A stretch of 64,000 bases of DNA from Ginglymostoma cirratum. Its lineage: Eukaryota. Below are positions 39,711 to 52,649 of this stretch, one piece after another; positions within the stretch are counted from its first letter, which is position 1; each line of letters opens with the position of its first letter. Below the pieces are notes generated by a model that was not told the DNA's origin, did no database searches, and saw nothing but the letters and a program-made list of their open reading frames with translations. The position numbers and the translations under genes are program-made. Location: the NCBI GenBank assembly GCA_024137785.1, contig JAHRHZ010000024.1:27130338-27194337 (forward strand). The letters are read 5' to 3'.

Positions 39711-40829
39711 CAAAAAAAAACTAGTAACATGACCAAAACAGATCTATTAGCAGAGTGAGAGTGAAGATTTGCCCCAAGTAAGATAGAAATAGGCTGCATA
39801 TGACTCTGTGCTAATCGAACCAATGTCCATAGATGCAAGACATGGCCAAAAGAAAGAAATTGCCAGGTTGGAATATGTAGGATACTGAAACCAAGAAGGA
39901 CCCTGTTTAAGTCAAAGACATTTGTCTGGTCCAAACTCCAAATATTGAAAGGAAGCAAGTAATTATAACAGTGCAGCTATCTTTTGTGAAGAGCACTCAC
40001 AAGGTTAAAGGTCCTTCAGATGATGTTATGCACCATCTACCTAAATTAGCAGGGAAGAGATTACCTGTAATGGAAAGTCAAAAGTTTAAAGGCCTTTTAG
40101 ATAAGGTGACAGACCACTGTTTAGCAGGATTAATCAGGAGTCATATCCTCTTTGAAAGACATCCAAGATATAGAAGATCCTCCAGTGGGGACCTGGTTCA
40201 CAGACTAAGCAATTTCAAGTTCAGAACCAAAATCAAAAATCCTCAAGATAAAGACCTACTAACCTTCCAGACTGGGAATGCATCCAAGAAGAACTGTATA
40301 ATATCCAGACTGATTCATTTGTAAATTAGGAACTTGGGAGTGTTTGGGTCATGGTAAGTGTAAGGGTAGCTGTATATAGGAATGTACAAATGGTAACAAC
40401 GGGGACAAAGGCTTAGGAGGAGATCTTGTATAAGGTAATGATTAATATTTAAGAGTTAATGTTACAGAAGCATTAGCTCCAACTAATCTGATGAGTAACA
40501 CAATATCGGGAGTAGGATTAAGTCCACAACTTTCTGACCGAGGCATGAGTGATAGCCACAAAGCCAAGGCTGATTCTGATTCAATGCCTACTTCTTGGTG
40601 GAATAATTCAGTTTTTAAATAAGATTTGGTATCAATTTTCATTGGAGAATCATTAATAACTTTGGTTTAAGTGAGTGCAAATCTCCAGGGTAGAAAATTA
40701 TGGGCCATATCTTTAGAAGGTCTAATGTTTCAGGTCTCTGAAATTAGAATTTTGATGTAAGACAAAATGATAGTTGGCTCCAAACAATGTTAATTAGCAG
40801 AGATAAAAACAAAACTGTATGTGAATGGT

Positions 40830-41838
40830 ATCAGAGATAAAAGGTACTGCAGATGCTGGAGAATCCAAGATAACAAGCATGGGGCTGGATGAACACAGCA
40901 GGTCAAGCAGCATCATAGGAGCAGGAAAACTTGACGTTTCGGGCCTAGACCCTTCNNNNNNNNNNNNNNNNNNNNNNNNNNNNNNNNNNNNNNNNNNNNN
41001 NNNNNNNNNNNNNNNNNNNNNNNNNNNNNNNNNNNNNNNNNNNNNNNNNNNNNNNTTCCTGCAGCCTTCGGGTGGCATCACTGTGGCATTGTAGGAGGCC
41101 AAGGATGGACATGTCATCTGAGGAATGGGAGGGGGAGTTGAAATGGTTCGCGACTGGGAGGTGCAGTTGTTTGTTGCGAACTGAGCGCAGGTGTTCTGCA
41201 AAGCGGTCCCCAAGCCTCCGCTTGGTTTCCCCGAGGTAGAGGAAGCCACAACGGGTACAGCGGATGCAGTATACCACATTGGCAGATGTGCAGGTGAACC
41301 TCTGCCTGATGTGGAAAGTCTTCTTGGGGCCTGGGATTGGGGTGAGGGAGGAGGTGTGGAGGAACAGCAAATCATATTCAGCCTGGGAACCCTGCAGCCC
41401 AATGGCATCAATGTGGATTTCACAAGCTTCAAAATCTCCCCTCCCCCAACCGCATCCCAAAACCAGCCCAGCTCATCTCCACCTCCCTAACCTGTTTTTC
41501 CTCTCACCCCAAGCCACACCCCCATCTCCTATCTACTAACATCATCCCGCCCCCTTGACCTGGCCGTCCTCCCTGGACTGACCTATCTCCTCCCTACCCC
41601 CCTACCTACACTCACCTTTACTGGCTCCAACCCCGCCTCTTCGACTTGTCTGCCTCCTCTCCACCTATCCTCTCCTCTATCCTTCCTCTATCCGCCTCCC
41701 CCTCTCTCCCTATTTATTTCAGAACCCTCTTACCCTCCCCCATTTCTGATGAAGGGTTTAGGCCCGAAACGTCAAGTTTTCCTGCTCCTATGATGCTGCT
41801 TGACCTGCTGTGTTCATCCAGCCCCATGCTTGTTAACC
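40830..41838. mobile_element. Young Penelope-like element: GIY-YIG endonuclease fragment between inverted pLTRs, with 15-bp TSD
   Basis: Minus ORF FTCTSANVVYCIRCTRCGFLYLGETKRRLGDRFAEHLRSV..HFNSPSH (GIY-YIG); + strand C-terminus EEQQIIFSLGTLQPNGINVDF; ctgtatgtgaatggt at 40815-40829 and 41839-41853; 100-N gap at 40956-41055. Confidence 0.92.
41746..41773 (+). ncRNA. Minimal hammerhead ribozyme motif in a Penelope pLTR
   Basis: CTGATGA-agggtttaggccc-GAAA-CGTC: conserved CUGANGA and GAAA boxes, short stem II, palindromic ACGU stem III, GUC cleavage triplet. Confidence 0.75.
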
Positions 41839-42779
41839 CTGTATGTGAATGGTTTCAGGCACAGATTGCATTGTTTGCATGCCAGGGGTGCATGTCAGGG
41901 AAAATACTCTCCTTCCTAATTATTGAATGAACACATAATGCCCATAATGTTGTGCAACTCCTTCCTGTGCATGCTACCAGATATTGGATCGTTGCATTTT
42001 AAGAATGCAGAAACTTATTCATTCTGTGTTGGCCTGGCTAGAATGTGTTAACTGTACTTTTTTTTAGTGAAAAGAACTGTTGACCTCATTCTAAAATAAT
42101 TGTTTTCTTCAGTGTTGTTTGCACTCCAGCAGATACCTGAGGTAACCTTGAGCTTTACATTGATTTCGAACATGGGCAACAAACGCAACAAATTGAATTA
42201 TCAAGTCTGTAAATCTGACACTCCATTCATGAGAAGCTCAAATTCTAAAGAAGTTGATTAGTTTACATCATTTTTTGTTGTGACTGAAAGGTAAGGCAAA
42301 ATCGGTTCAAAGGAACTAGGAGAAGACGCTAACTGAGGCCTTGCAATGTGATTGTCTGCATTTGCACCATGATTCCTCATAAAGAACTAATATGTCATTG
42401 GTTCGTTATTTGTTAGAAACTGACTTCCTTTGTTCAGCAAATTGCAAATAAAAGTACTTCTCATGAGAGGAAGGAAGATCTAGAACGTATAGCAACATGC
42501 ACAGCCTACACTTCGCCTATATTTTATTGTTAGAAAGATCTGGGTGAAGCACTATATTTTTAAGGCAGTCAGATGACATCACAATATATGATGTCCTAAT
42601 ACATGAGGTCTCCACTTCATTCTCTATTCATTCCATGAACAGTTAAGCAAGCAATTAGCCTGTTAGTCAGCTAGTCCACAAAGTAGATAATAGGAATCTA
42701 AGTAAGAACATAACTCAGTCTATACATGGATATGGGAATGTCATGTTAGTTGGTGCACATAGATAGTATTTTATTTCTC

Positions 42780-43460
42780 TCTATGAATTTATGGGATGTG
42801 GGTGTCGCTGGCTGCCCAGCATTTCTTGCCCATCCCTAGTTCCCCTTGAGAAGGTGGGGGTGAGCTGCTTGTTAATAAAGCTTCAGATACCTGACTCAGC
42901 ATGAACCTGACTCTCTGTGGTTATATATATTACATGGGACAGCATGTAGAAAACTATAAAGTATATCAGTCTTCTATGTACTCAGTAAGGATATATTATA
43001 ATTTAGAAAGGAGATTGGTGGTGACAGTGTTTCCAAATTCCTGTTAACTTTGCTCCTGAAAGTGACTGAGATTACAAGTTTTTGAAAGAAGTTTGTTGAT
43101 CTTGCTACAACGCAACTTGTAAATAGTTCTCACTCATTCCACAGTACACTGGTGGTGGAGAGAATAGATGTTAAAGTCAGGGGATGTTTTATCAATCCAA
43201 TAAACAGGTTTTATTTTACAATTAGTGTCAAATACTTTGGGCAATGTTATGTTTCCAGTTACCTAGGCAAGAATGAAGATGTTTTGAACACTGAGCAGAG
43301 AAACCATTCATCTCAGAATACTGTCTGACCTGCTGTCATAACCATACCCGTTATGGATGTTGATGATGGGCATTTTGTGATGGCAATACCAAAATGAGGG
43401 AGGACAGATTTTCTCTTGTTGGAGATGGTCATTGCTTAACATTTGTATCGTATAAACATT
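42780..43460 (-). mobile_element. LINE 3' fragments (family of 19455-20320)
   Basis: atgggatgtgggtgtcgctggctgcccagcatttcttgcccatccctagttccccttgagaaggtgg is the reverse of the tail at 39600-39710; decayed ORF2 follows. Confidence 0.65.
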
Positions 43461-45888
43461 GCTTGGATTGTGGGAGGGCAGGACTAAATTTAAACATGAT
43501 GCTGCTTACATCTAAACAGACTTTCCAACATTCACCGTAATACAACACATCAAGAATATCCAGTAGAAGGTGCTATTTTTATTCAATGAATAATACTCCA
43601 ACATGAAAGATGGGGTCAGAAATAATTATTGTAGTCAGATAATCTGATAAATGCATATTGACAATAACCTATCTATCATACTTTGGGAAATCAAACGAAT
43701 GTGGCTCAGATGTAATATCAATGTTCTTTGATGTAAACCTTTGCGGTTTTGAATTTGGTTTCCTGAAATTAAACTGTGGGTCTGTGTTATTTTCGACCAG
43801 CTTCTGAACTTCTTAATTTCTCTTCATTTAAAAGGATTTGCAGCCAAAAAGGCATAAATGTGATATGGTTCGAGTGAAATGATCTGTTGATAATGAAACA
43901 GCAGCAATTCCTAGTTTTGAAGGAGTCAACTAGGGAAAATTGCTAACAGAAAGAGAGGAGACAAAATAGAAATCAGAGCTGATCACTTAGTTAATAAATG
44001 AGAGTGTGTAACTGCAATAAGATCAGGATAGAAAGGTACTTATGTGCATGACAACGTTACGATCAATCCTGTTTAAGATCAATTGTCATTCACTACTTTG
44101 CAACTTTAGAGCATGATAATTTGAGATTGATTTATCTTTTCTTATTACACCACAATAGCTCTTTAATAAAGTTGTTGATTGAGTGCAACCTTTATTATTA
44201 TACAGTAATAGTTTGATATCCAATGGACAGAGATAATTAGCTTTCTGTTCCTTTTGCTCATTTCAATAGGTTTGAAAGTACATTAAAGATTTTGTGTGTG
44301 GTCTATTCATTTAAGTGCAGAGCTGCCCACTCACAGTAAATTGAAATGGTTGTTTTGATTGTGCAGGAACTTTTGGATAACTTTGTGGAAACATCCATGC
44401 ATGGAAGTGGCTTAGAGGGAATTGACTCACCAGTGTTTATGATAAAGACGCCGAGAACTTTGTTCCAGGACAGCAACTTTAAATTCATCTAGGCACTGTC
44501 TCAGGTGAATGATTTTGGCTCCATGAGAGTCCTCCATCAGGGAAAAACCTCCTTCATCATTGATTCTGTCTTAGGCCTTTTTGGTAGCATACACAGCCAG
44601 CTTACCCAGGCTACTACAAACAAAGCAAGATGCTACAGTCTGTAGCCAAACCCTCTCAAAACCCACAATTACTCAAGGTCACCCAACTTGGCCGTCTAAC
44701 ATGTTTACAGTGGAAACTCAAACAACCTGTTGTTGTGTCGTGTCCCACATTGAGTATGCGGTAGACATTGAAGAGAAATGCTCATAATATCATTGCCATG
44801 TCATAACTTGTGACCTGAAGGCATAAATGTTTCATACTTCATCTGATTGGGACCACTTGACGTATGAAACACTTATGGAAGAATGTTACTGTTTTTAACC
44901 AAATAGTTAGTATTAGCCGAGACGCGCCTGTGACTGATTTATTTGCATATATCATATATGTCATAAATGCTTGTCAAATCTTTCATTGGACATTGCTCAC
45001 ATCTAGTTCTTATGTTCCTGGAGCTAAAATAAGCATGTCTGGTTTTACAAATACCCTACTAGAGGCAATAGGTCACACTGCAATAGCATTTCACCAGCTA
45101 CCTCCCAAGTTGTGACTACAGAGAAAAAACTTTGTAGAAGCATGAATACATGGGAACTGAAGACATACACTAAGGCACATTATGATGTTTAATGATTCAT
45201 TTGAAATTATTAAAGTCAGATAGATTAGAGTTATCTATTAAATTTGATTTGTTTTATGAGCTTTGTACTGGTGTCAATATTTATAGTGAGCCAAGGATAA
45301 GATTTAGACTGAACGAAAGCAATCATATATTGCTATCAATGGTGATAGAATTGCTAAAGATGTATTTAATGTCTTAGGGATTGGAAAGTTGATTTGTATA
45401 ATGTAGTCTTCAATAAGATGTTATTCCTCAATGTGGAAGTTCAGAGCAATGGTGGTAAAAATGACTCATGATCTTTCACATTCCCCATCCTCCTGCATTC
45501 CTTGCTACCTGGAAAATGGTAAGGTTTGGAGGCTCATGGCCAGAAAATGGGATTAGGCTAGGTGCTTGTTTTGACTGGAACAGACTTGATAGATTGAAGG
45601 GCCTTTATGTGTGTTCTAGACCTCGATGACACTCTGACTCTATCATTCGGAAAATGCAGTCCAAGACCACAAATCTTAATGCAGGTAGTTTTGCCAGAAA
45701 ATCTCCACTGAGAACAGTCCAGGCAGCACAAACATTGGTGGGATGCCAACTGTTTGCTCAAATGTGTTTTATATAAGACTCAACTAATTGTACCTGAGTT
45801 CACACCAAGACTCATTTATCCATCATGCTTGTGCTTGCTGACTCACATATTCTTCTAGTAAAGAAACACAGAATTTCAAAATTTTTAT

Positions 45889-46146
45889 GAGATAACAAGC
45901 ATGGGGCTGGATGAACACAGCAGGTCAAGCAGCATCATAGGAGCAGGAAAACTTGACGTTTCGGGCCTAAACCCTTCATCAGAAATGGGGGAGGGGAAGA
46001 GGGTTCTGAAATAAATAGGGAGAGAGGGGGAGGCGGATAGAGGATGGATAGAGGAGAGGATAGGTGGAAAGGAGGCAGACAAGTCGAAGAGACGGGGATG
46101 GAGCCAGTAAAGGTGAGTGTAGGTGGGGAGGTAGGGAGGAGATAGG
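45889..46146 (-). mobile_element. Young Penelope-like 3' fragment with 13-bp TSD
   Basis: Close reverse complement of 41578-41834; tcaaaatttttat at 45876-45888 and 46147-46159. Confidence 0.92.
45955..45982 (-). ncRNA. Minimal hammerhead ribozyme motif
   Basis: Reverse complement reads CTGATGAAGGGTTTAGGCCCGAAACGTC, identical to 41746-41773. Confidence 0.75.
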
Positions 46147-46156
46147 TCAAAATTTT

Positions 46157-46420
46157 TATCCTTGTTTTCGCATCCCTCCATAGCTTTATCACTTCCTATC
46201 TCTATAACTTCCTCCAGCCACCCTGAGATCTCAGTTTTGAGGTCTTGAAGTTCTTTAGTGACACCAAGTTCACCCACTCCATCTCTGTTGGCCAAGCTTT
46301 TAGCTACATGTGTGCTAATTTCTGCAATTTTCACCAAAAGAAGTTCCATCTCTCCCTACCCTTTACAGCCTACATAATTGAGCAAGCTTCCAAACACTTG
46401 TTCTACATTCTTTATTGACT
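46157..46420 (+). mobile_element. L2-like LINE 3' fragment
   Basis: atccttgttttcgcatccctccatagc...tatctctataacttcctccagcc resembles the L2 ORF2 C-terminal 'KIL.L.FKSLHGLAPPYL..LLQ' region. Confidence 0.5.
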
Positions 46421-46494
46421 TGGTATCAAATTTTCCTAGTACACTTCAGACAGCCAGAAGGTCAGGCAGAATCTAAGGAGAGAAACAAATTTCG

Positions 46495-46690
46495 TAGTCA
46501 TATAACATGGAAATAGATCCTTCGGCCCAACTCATCAAGCAGGTTTCCTAAACTGAACTAGCCCCATTTGCCTGCATTTGGCCCTTATTCCTCTATTTTT
46601 TTCCTATCTACCTATCCAAATGTCTTTTAAATGTTGGAACTGTACTGACCTCAACTACTTTCACTGGCAGTTTGTTCCATATACTCATGT
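46495..46690 (-). mobile_element. CR1 3'UTR fragment
   Basis: Matches 52650-52860 (catttgcctgcatttggccc...tatccaaatgtcttttaaatg). Confidence 0.8.
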
Positions 46691-47663
46691 TTCAGATCAA
46701 TGACCTTCCATCAGAAATGAAGAATAATAGAACTGCAAGATTTTTTTAATTCAGTGGAAGAGATCACGGAATGGGTTGGAAAACCAAAAGGATAGATCTG
46801 TTATGGGGTGGATGACAGGAATAATTAACTACCAAAGTATTCATGACATAACACCAGAGAGAATGGTAATAGAAATAATGAAAATAGCAATGGTGGTGAT
46901 CTACTGAGACAGAAATTGCTTTATTACAAGCTTTGTGGGGAAAACATGAAGGGCCATAGCAGAAATAAGACAAGACAAGACAAGCCACCAAAACAAAAAA
47001 TGAAATAAAAACACAATCAAGATCAAGACAGTGGTAATGATCTAAAGTTGTTGAATCAGGATTCTGGGTAATTCAAGATGGAGGATGGGAAAAATTTGTG
47101 GCTATAAGAGTTGCTCCTTCTTTTCGGATGTCTTCAGCATTGGAGCTAATTTCCTTGAATTCTCGGAGCAATAATTACGGTGTCATAAGCTGCTAAATGG
47201 TTTTGGAACTTTGGGAAAAAAAGATCAAAGCAACAGCACTTTTAAAAAGGGAAGAATGGAGACAATAGCAGTGACCACCCTGGTGAAAAGTGAATTGACA
47301 GAGAAAGAAGCCTACAAAGCAATGAGCCTTCACAGCTACTGCCTCTGCTGTTTGATTTCAAGTACCTCTGGACATAAGAGTTTGGCTTAGAAAAATAAAC
47401 AAATAGCAAAATTCACAGCTGACCTTGGAGAAACCTGTGTGGGAGAGCTCACAGCAGGGAAGCAGCTAAGTGGCTAGTATTTTTTTTTTGTAAATCTACA
47501 GTAGTGAGTAGAGTGGGTTCTTTTTGATTATATGTTTTTATTGAGATCTGTCTCTTGATTAAACTTTAAAAGTACAAACATAGGTACTAAGTTAGCCTAG
47601 AGCATTGATTTTAGAGCAGTAAGGCAGCTATTTTCTGGGTCTGTCGATAGTTAAGGTGCAAAG

Positions 47664-48596
47664 ATGGCCTTTAGGAGAGTGATGTGCTCTTCCTGTTGGA
47701 TATGGAAGATTAGGGAGAGTTTCCATGTTACTGATGAGTATGTCTCTGGGAAGTGTGTTTGGTTGCAAGTCCTATCGGATTGCATAGAACGGTTGGAGTG
47801 GCTGTAGGAGGCAATGAGGAATTTATAGGAACTAGGGGTGTGATGGGTGGAGTTGCAGGGAGGGAGATAAACCGAAGATACAGTCAGATAGATGGGTGAC
47901 CCCCAGGAAAGGTAGGAAAGGGAGACAGCTAGTGCAGGAGTCTCCTGCTGCTAGCCCCATCTCAAACAAGTATGCTGTTTTGGAAAATGTAGGGGGTGAT
48001 GGACTCTCAGGGGAATGTAGCACCGATAGCCAGGTTTCTGGTACTGAGACTGGCTCTAATGTAATGAAGGGTCTGCCAGGCTCCAAGTGGTCAATTGTGA
48101 TAGGGGACTCTCTAAACAGAGGCACAGACAGATGATTCCGTGGCCAACAGTGAGACATCAGAATGGTGTGTTGCCTCCCTGGTGCCACGATCAAGGATAT
48201 CTTGGAGACTGTGCGGAATATTCCCAAAGGGGAGAGGGTCTAGCAGGAGGTTGTTGTACACATTGGAACTGATGACACAGGAAGAGAAAAAGATGAGATT
48301 CTGACAGAGAACATCAGAAATTAGGCAGGAATTTTAAAAAGAGGTCCTCAAGGGTAGTAATATCTGGATTACTCCCAGTGCCACAAGCTACTGAGGGTAG
48401 GAATGGGAGGACGGAGCAAATAAAAGCGAGGCTGAGGACCTGGTGCAGGGGAAAAAGATTCACATTTTTGGATCATTGGAATCTCTTCTGGGGTAGAAGT
48501 GACCTGTATAAGGAGGACAGATTGCACCTGAATTGGAAGGGGACTAATATATTGGTGGGGAGGTATGGCAGAGTTGCTCAGGAGGATTTAAACTAG
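47664..48596 (+). pseudogene. CR1 ORF1 (Cys-rich N-terminus and SGNH/GDSL esterase-like domain), disrupted
   Basis: MAFRRVMCSSCW...; IVIGDSLNRGTDR; LRTWCRGKRFTFLDHWNLFWGRSDLYKEDRLHLNWKGTNILVGR. Confidence 0.88.
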
Positions 48597-48729
48597 GAAA
48601 TGCGGGAGCGGGGTGGACTCGGGACACAGTGAGGAGAGAGATCAGTTTGACACTGATGCAGTTGGAAAAAGGAGTACGTCAAACAGTCAGAGCAGGCAGG
48701 AATAAAGCGGAGAACAAGGTAGAACTGTT

Positions 48730-51516
48730 TAATTAAACTGTATTTATTTCAATGCGACAGGCCTAGCAGGTGAAGCAGATGAACTCAGAGCATGGTTGGG
48801 AATATGGGAATAGGGGACTGGGATATCATAGCATATACAGAGAAGTGGCTCAGGGATGGACAGGACTGGCAGCTTAATGTTCCAGGGTACAGATGCTGTA
48901 GGAAGGATAGAAAGTGGGGAAAGAGAGGAGGAGGAGAGGCATTTTTGATTAGGGATAACATTAGAGGTATACTGAGGGACGATATTCCAGGGAATACATC
49001 CAGGGAAGATATTTGGGTGGAACTGAGAAATAATAAAGGGATGATTACCTTATTGGGATTGTATAGACCCCCCCTCACTATTCAAGGGGAATTGAGAAAC
49101 AAATTTGGGTGGTCTCAGTTATTTGTAAGAATAATAAGGTGGTTATGGTAGAAAATTTTAACTTTCCAGGCATAGACTGGGACTGCCATAGTCTTCAGGG
49201 CTTGGATGGAAAGGAATTTGTTAAGTGTGTACAAGAACATTTTCTCATTCAGTAGGTGAATGTACCTACCAGAGAAGGTTCAAAACTTGACCTACTCTTG
49301 GGAAATAAGCAGGGCAGGTAAGGTGAGTGGGGGAGCACTTTGGAGCCAATGACCATAATTCTATTAGTTTTAAAATGGTGATGGAAGAGGATAGACCGGA
49401 TCCAAAAGTTAAAGTTCTAAATTGGACGAAGGCCAATTTTCATGGTGTTAGGCAAGAAGTTTCAAAAGATGACTGGGGGTGGATGTTTGCAGGTAAAGGG
49501 ACAGCTGGAAAACGGGAAGCCTTCAAAAGTGAGATAATGAGGGTCCAGAGACAATATGTTCCTATCAGGGTGAAAGGCAAGGCTGGTAGGTGTAGGGAAT
49601 GCTGAATAACTAGCGAAGTTGAGTTTTTAGTCAAGAAAAATAAGGAAGCATATATCAGGTATAGACTGCAGGGATCAAGTGATTGCCTTGAAGAGTATAC
49701 AGGCAGTAGGAGTATACTTAAGAGGGAATTCAGGAGGGCACAAAGGGGACATGATATAGCTTCGGCAAATAGGGTTAAAGAGAATCCAAAGGCATTCTAA
49801 AAATACATTAAGGACAACAGGGTAACTAGGGAGAGAACAGAGCCCCTTAAAGATCACCAAGGTCACCTATGTGTGGAACCACAGGACATGGGGATGATAC
49901 TATGAGTTTTTTTGCATCATTGTTTACTGTGGAGAAGGATATGGAAGATAGAGAACATGGGGAAATAAACAGCAACATCTTGAAAAGTGTCTATAATACA
50001 GAGAAGGAGGTGCTGAAAGTCTCAAAATGCATGAAAGTGGATAAATTCCGAAGACCTGATCAGGTGTACCCTAGAACTTTATGGGAAGTGAGGGAAGAGA
50101 CTGCTAGGCCCCTTGATGAGATATTTGTATCATCAATAGCCACAGGTGAGGTGCCGGAAGACTGGAGATTGGTGAATGATGTGCCACTATTTAAGAAACA
50201 TGATAAGGAAAAGCCAAGGAATGATAAACCAGTGAGCCTGACATCGGTGGTGAGCAAGTTGTTGGAGGGACTCCTGAGGGATAGGATTCACATGTATTTG
50301 GAATGGGAAGGACTGATTAGGGTTGCCAACATGGCTTCGTGCATGGGAGATCACGTCTGACTAACTTGATTGAATTTCTGAAGAAGAAACGAAGAGGATT
50401 GATGATAATGGTGGATGTTGTCTATATTGACTTCAGTAAGGCATTCGACAAGGTTCCTCATTGTAAACTGGTTAGCAAGTTTAGATCACTTGGAATACAG
50501 GGACAACTAGCTATTTGGACACACGATTCACTCAGTGTTAGAAGACAAATGGTGGTGGTGGGTTGCTTTTCAGACTGGAGGCCTGTGACCAGCGGTGTGC
50601 CACAAAGATCGGTGCTGGGTCCACTGCTTTTTGTAATTTTTATAAATGATTTGGATATGAACATGGGAAGTATGGTTAGTAAGTTTGCAGATGACACTAA
50701 AATTGGAGGTGTAGTGGACAGTGAAGAAGGTTACCTCAGAGTACAAAGGGATCTTGATCAGGTGGGCCAATGGACTGAGGAGTGGCAGATGGAGTTTAAT
50801 TTAGATAAATGTGAGGTGCTGCATTTTAAAAGGCAAGTCAGGGCAGGACTTATACACTTAATGGCAAGGTCCTGGGGAGTGTTGCTGAAAAAAGAGACTT
50901 TGGAGTTCAGGTTCATAGTTCCTTGAATGTGGAGTCGCAGCTAGATTCGATAGTGAAGAAGGCTTCTGTTACCCTTGCCTTTATTGGTCAGTGCACTGAG
51001 TATAGGAGTTAGGAGGTCATGTTGAAGCTGTACAGGATGTTGGTTTGGCCACTTTTGGCATGCTGCATGCAATTCTAGTCTCCCTGCTATAGGAATGATG
51101 TTGTGAAACTTGAAAGGGTTCAGAAAAGATTTACGAGGATGTTGCCAGGGTTGGCGGGCTTGAGCTAAAGTGAGAGGCTGAATAGGGTAGAGCTTTTTTC
51201 CCTGGACTGTCGGAGGCTGAGGGGTAACCTTATTGAGATTTATAAAATCGTGAGGGGCATGGATGGAGTACATAGGTAAGGTCCCAGGGTGGGGGAGTCT
51301 AAAACTAGAGGGCATTGGTTTAAGCTGAGAGGGGAAAGATTTAAAAGGGACCTAAGGGGCAAATTTTCCATGCAGAGGGTGGTGCGTGTATGGAATGAGC
51401 TGCCAGAGGAAGTGGTGGAGGCTGGTACAGTTACAACATTTAAAAAGCACCCAGATGGCTATACAAATAGAAAGGGTTTAGGGGGATATGGGACAAATGC
51501 TGGCAAACGGGACTAG
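48730..51516 (+). pseudogene. CR1 ORF2 (APE endonuclease and reverse transcriptase), disrupted
   Basis: WDIIAYTEKWL, GLYRPP, GANDHNSI (endonuclease); PVSLTSVVSKLLE, YIDFSKAFDKVPH, SGVPQRSVLGPLLFVIFINDLD, SKFADDTKIGG (RT); KTRGHWFKL..RVVRVWNELP (C-terminus). Confidence 0.93.
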
Positions 51517-51889
51517 ATTTATATAGGATGGCTGGTCAGGATGGATGAGTTGGACTGAAGGGTCTATTTCTCTGCTGTATATCTCTATGGCTATACTTGA
51601 CTCTAAAAGTCAATATTGAGTCCAGTTTATTGAATGCTCTATCAAAAGATTGTCTGCTGTACTTTGAGCTTGTGTTGAGCTTAAATGGTAAAGTAACTCA
51701 GGTCAAGCTCAGAAGATGTCTTCTGCTCCACACCCGCTCCCCTCCCCCTCCCCAACCACCACTAAATACTATTTAGCTTGAAGCTCATTCTACTGCCCTA
51801 GTTATACAATTTGCCAATACTGTGGTACCTGCACAGTTCATGTGAAGGCACTTCCTTCCAACAGTCCAGCCCTGTCTTTCACAGGACTG

Positions 51890-52530
51890 GTGCCAGTACC
51901 CTAGGAATTGCAACCAATTTCTTCTAATACCAAACTTTGAGCCATGTATTCAAATCTTTGACTTTATTCACCGTACACTTTTTTGTTTCTGGCTCAGGGA
52001 GTAATCTATAGATTGCAATTTTTGTAGATCTGTTTTTTTTTAACATATTCCCTATCTGCTCATGAACTCCCTTTCTACCCTAGCCTATGTTATTAATAGC
52101 TATGTGGACCATGACAACTGAATCCTGTTCCCTACACTCCAAGTTCTTCTGTAGCCTTGAACAGATGTCTATAAACCCAATAATGGCAGACAACACAGTC
52201 ATCAGGACTCAAAATTTCTGATGCACAGTATAATATCTATTCCCCTAATTCCACTGGTCTTTATGATAACTATCATCCCTTTTACGCCTCACTTGAATGG
52301 CTCCCTGCACAACAGTGACATATTCAGTTGGCTCAACCTGCCTGACCATTTGCAAGGGTTGTGGTTCCACCATTGCTACCTTCATACCTTCACATCTCCA
52401 TTACCGCCTCACTTGTAGACACCACCATTTCCCATCCTGACCATGGACCAAATCCAAAGTAGTTGACCATAACGCTGTGACCACCTCTTAAAACAAAGTA
52501 TTCAGGTAACTTTCTCACATGCTTGAGTGG
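51890..52530 (-). mobile_element. CR1 ORF1-region fragment, decayed
   Basis: Similar to 63300-63880 (tatgtggaccatgaca..., tattcccctaa..., aacaaagtattcaggtaact). Confidence 0.55.
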
Positions 52531-52649
52531 ACTTTAGAGACCATTATACTGCTGTTATTAGGATACCTTGCACGCAGGGACAAAAACTGAACTTGCGATT
52601 GGACTAGAGCTCTTCACTTGTTCTCTTATCACTGACTCACTTTGCACGT

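Larger units (their letters stand above)
47065..51592 (+). mobile_element. Near full-length CR1 LINE (HER1-like): 5'UTR, ORF1, ORF2, 3' tail; inactivated
   Basis: ORF1 and ORF2 motifs in the expected order; 3' tail ggatgagttggactgaagggtctatttctctgctgtatatctctatg; many stops and frameshifts. Confidence 0.95.

Noticed and set aside
40794-41432. 212-aa minus ORF
   Set aside because: Spans the 100-N gap and an inversion junction in a Penelope insertion; an off-frame reading of the GIY-YIG fragment
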